64,000 bases of DNA from Candidatus Aenigmatarchaeota archaeon. Its GTDB lineage: Archaea > Aenigmatarchaeota > Aenigmatarchaeia > GW2011-AR5. The first letter of the stretch is position 1. Each line of letters begins with the position of its first letter. Of this stretch, positions 63,115 to 64,000 are shown piece by piece. The notes below the pieces were generated by a model, which worked only from the letters and a program-made list of their open reading frames with translations, did no database searches and was not told the DNA's origin. The DNA is taken from the NCBI GenBank assembly GCA_016187335.1, contig JACPJW010000001.1, positions 96,001 through 160,000 of the forward strand, written 5' to 3'. A program made the translations under genes and the position numbers.

Positions 63115-63147
63115 CTTGTTTTTTTTCTTCTATGATGTCCTCTTCGT

Positions 63148-63642
63148 TTAACGCTTGCTCTGCTGCTTTGTAGCCCTCGGCCCGTCCTTGCTGCGCGAAG
63201 GCTTGTGCGGCTCCGTCCTGCGGGGATCCGACACGAGCAGCGACCTGTCATAATCAACGTACATGCGCTTCAGCTTCTCGTCCTTGCTCCACGCCACCAG
63301 GCCGTTGGCTATTGCTGTTCTCGCGGCGTCCGCCTGGCCCCACATCCCGCCGCCCTTCACGCTGACGGAAATGTCCAGGCTGCGCCACGAATCCTTTGCA
63401 ATTATCAGCGGCTCCTTTATCCTCATCTGCCTGTATCTGGGCTGTACCAGATCCAGGGGCACGCCGTTTATCCTGATAACGCCCCTGCCCTCCCTGACAA
63501 CAGCTCTTGCAATCGCTTTCTTTCTCTTGCCCACGGTTATGATTATCTTCGCCTTTTTCTTGCGCGCAGGCGCTGCGGCTTCAGCTGCCTCTTTCTTTTC
63601 CTGTGCTGCCAGCGGCTTAGGTTCTAGTTGAAGTTCTTGCAT
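63148..63642 (-). CDS. rps9: Ribosomal protein S9 (uS9)
   Basis: GKRKKAIARA, V.GGG..GQA.A.R.AIA, DPRRTEPHK..R..Q.SKR. Confidence 0.96.
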   Translation of the reverse strand: MQELQLEPKPLAAQEKKEAAEAAAPARKKKAKIIITVGKRKKAIARAVVREGRGVIRINGVPLDLVQPRYRQMRIKEPLIIAKDSWRSLDISVSVKGGGMWGQADAARTAIANGLVAWSKDEKLKRMYVDYDRSLLVSDPRRTEPHKPSRSKDGPRATKQQSKR

Positions 63643-63647
63643 GATTA

Positions 63648-63962
63648 TCACGAATGAGTCTGACGACTTCTGGAGCTTATTTCAAGATTAAGGTCTCTTA
63701 TCGCCCGCGGATCCGGAGTTGTAACATCCACTATTCCTAAAAATTCATAGCCCATTATACCCATTCTTCTTGTCACTTCTCTTGCTAAATAAGGACCTCT
63801 TAAATCTACAATTCCATCCGGATTTTCTCTTCCATAAGAGAAAGTCATCATTTCGTGGTAATCAGGAGGGGATTTGCCTTCAACGATAAATATGCCGTTT
63901 GCATCTACAGCGATATTTGCTTCCGGTGGCTTTCTGAATCGCATTGTTAATTGAAAGAACAT
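63648..63962 (-). CDS. Hypothetical protein (ORFan) directly upstream of rps9
   Basis: 104 aa with AGGTGA SD. Confidence 0.5.
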   Translation of the reverse strand: MFFQLTMRFRKPPEANIAVDANGIFIVEGKSPPDYHEMMTFSYGRENPDGIVDLRGPYLAREVTRRMGIMGYEFLGIVDVTTPDPRAIRDLNLEISSRSRQTHS

Positions 63963-64000
63963 TTTGTCACCTTTTAGGTTTTAGATCTTCTCGTGCCATC

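Noticed and set aside
1-64000. Numerous antisense or overlapping ORFs in the six-frame track
   Set aside because: They are shadows of well-supported genes and carry no motifs of their own.
1-64000. Integron interpretation of hairpins plus ORFans
   Set aside because: There is no tyrosine integrase and no RYYYAAC/GTTRRRY core sites, and the ORFans are not in a tandem array.

Overview
Archaeal chromosomal segment. The gene content points to a DPANN lineage, plausibly Aenigmarchaeota, but this is an inference. Housekeeping genes (rps26e, hel308, trmI, uppS, eIF5A, histone, tfb, glmU/glmS, lig, rps3ae, ahcY, ychF, dys, argS, rpl15e, rnp3/rnp2, aIF2-beta, rfcL, ksgA, rpoN, rps9) and ether-lipid genes (GGPP synthase, G1P dehydrogenase, GGGP synthase) are interleaved with many single ORFans. 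Type IV pilus parts are present: an ATPase with a 442-aa LAGLIDADG intein, a KaiC-like ATPase, a prepilin peptidase and a pilin-like protein. The strongest unexplained structure is non-coding. (1) tRNA-Pro(CGG) has two bulge-helix-bulge introns (37/38 and 59/60), both built from a palindromic module that is also scattered between and inside protein genes. (2) At three loci the last codons of a gene occur twice with almost only synonymous differences, and the copies are separated by a hairpin element or a 2-kb cargo. (3) Other dispersed hairpin families include a fully covarying 39-nt pair and an 87-bp perfect direct repeat bracketing an uncharacterised operon. (4) A non-autonomous IS6-family element with an 8-bp target duplication carries two coupled passenger genes. 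No CRISPR array, rRNA or integrase was seen.
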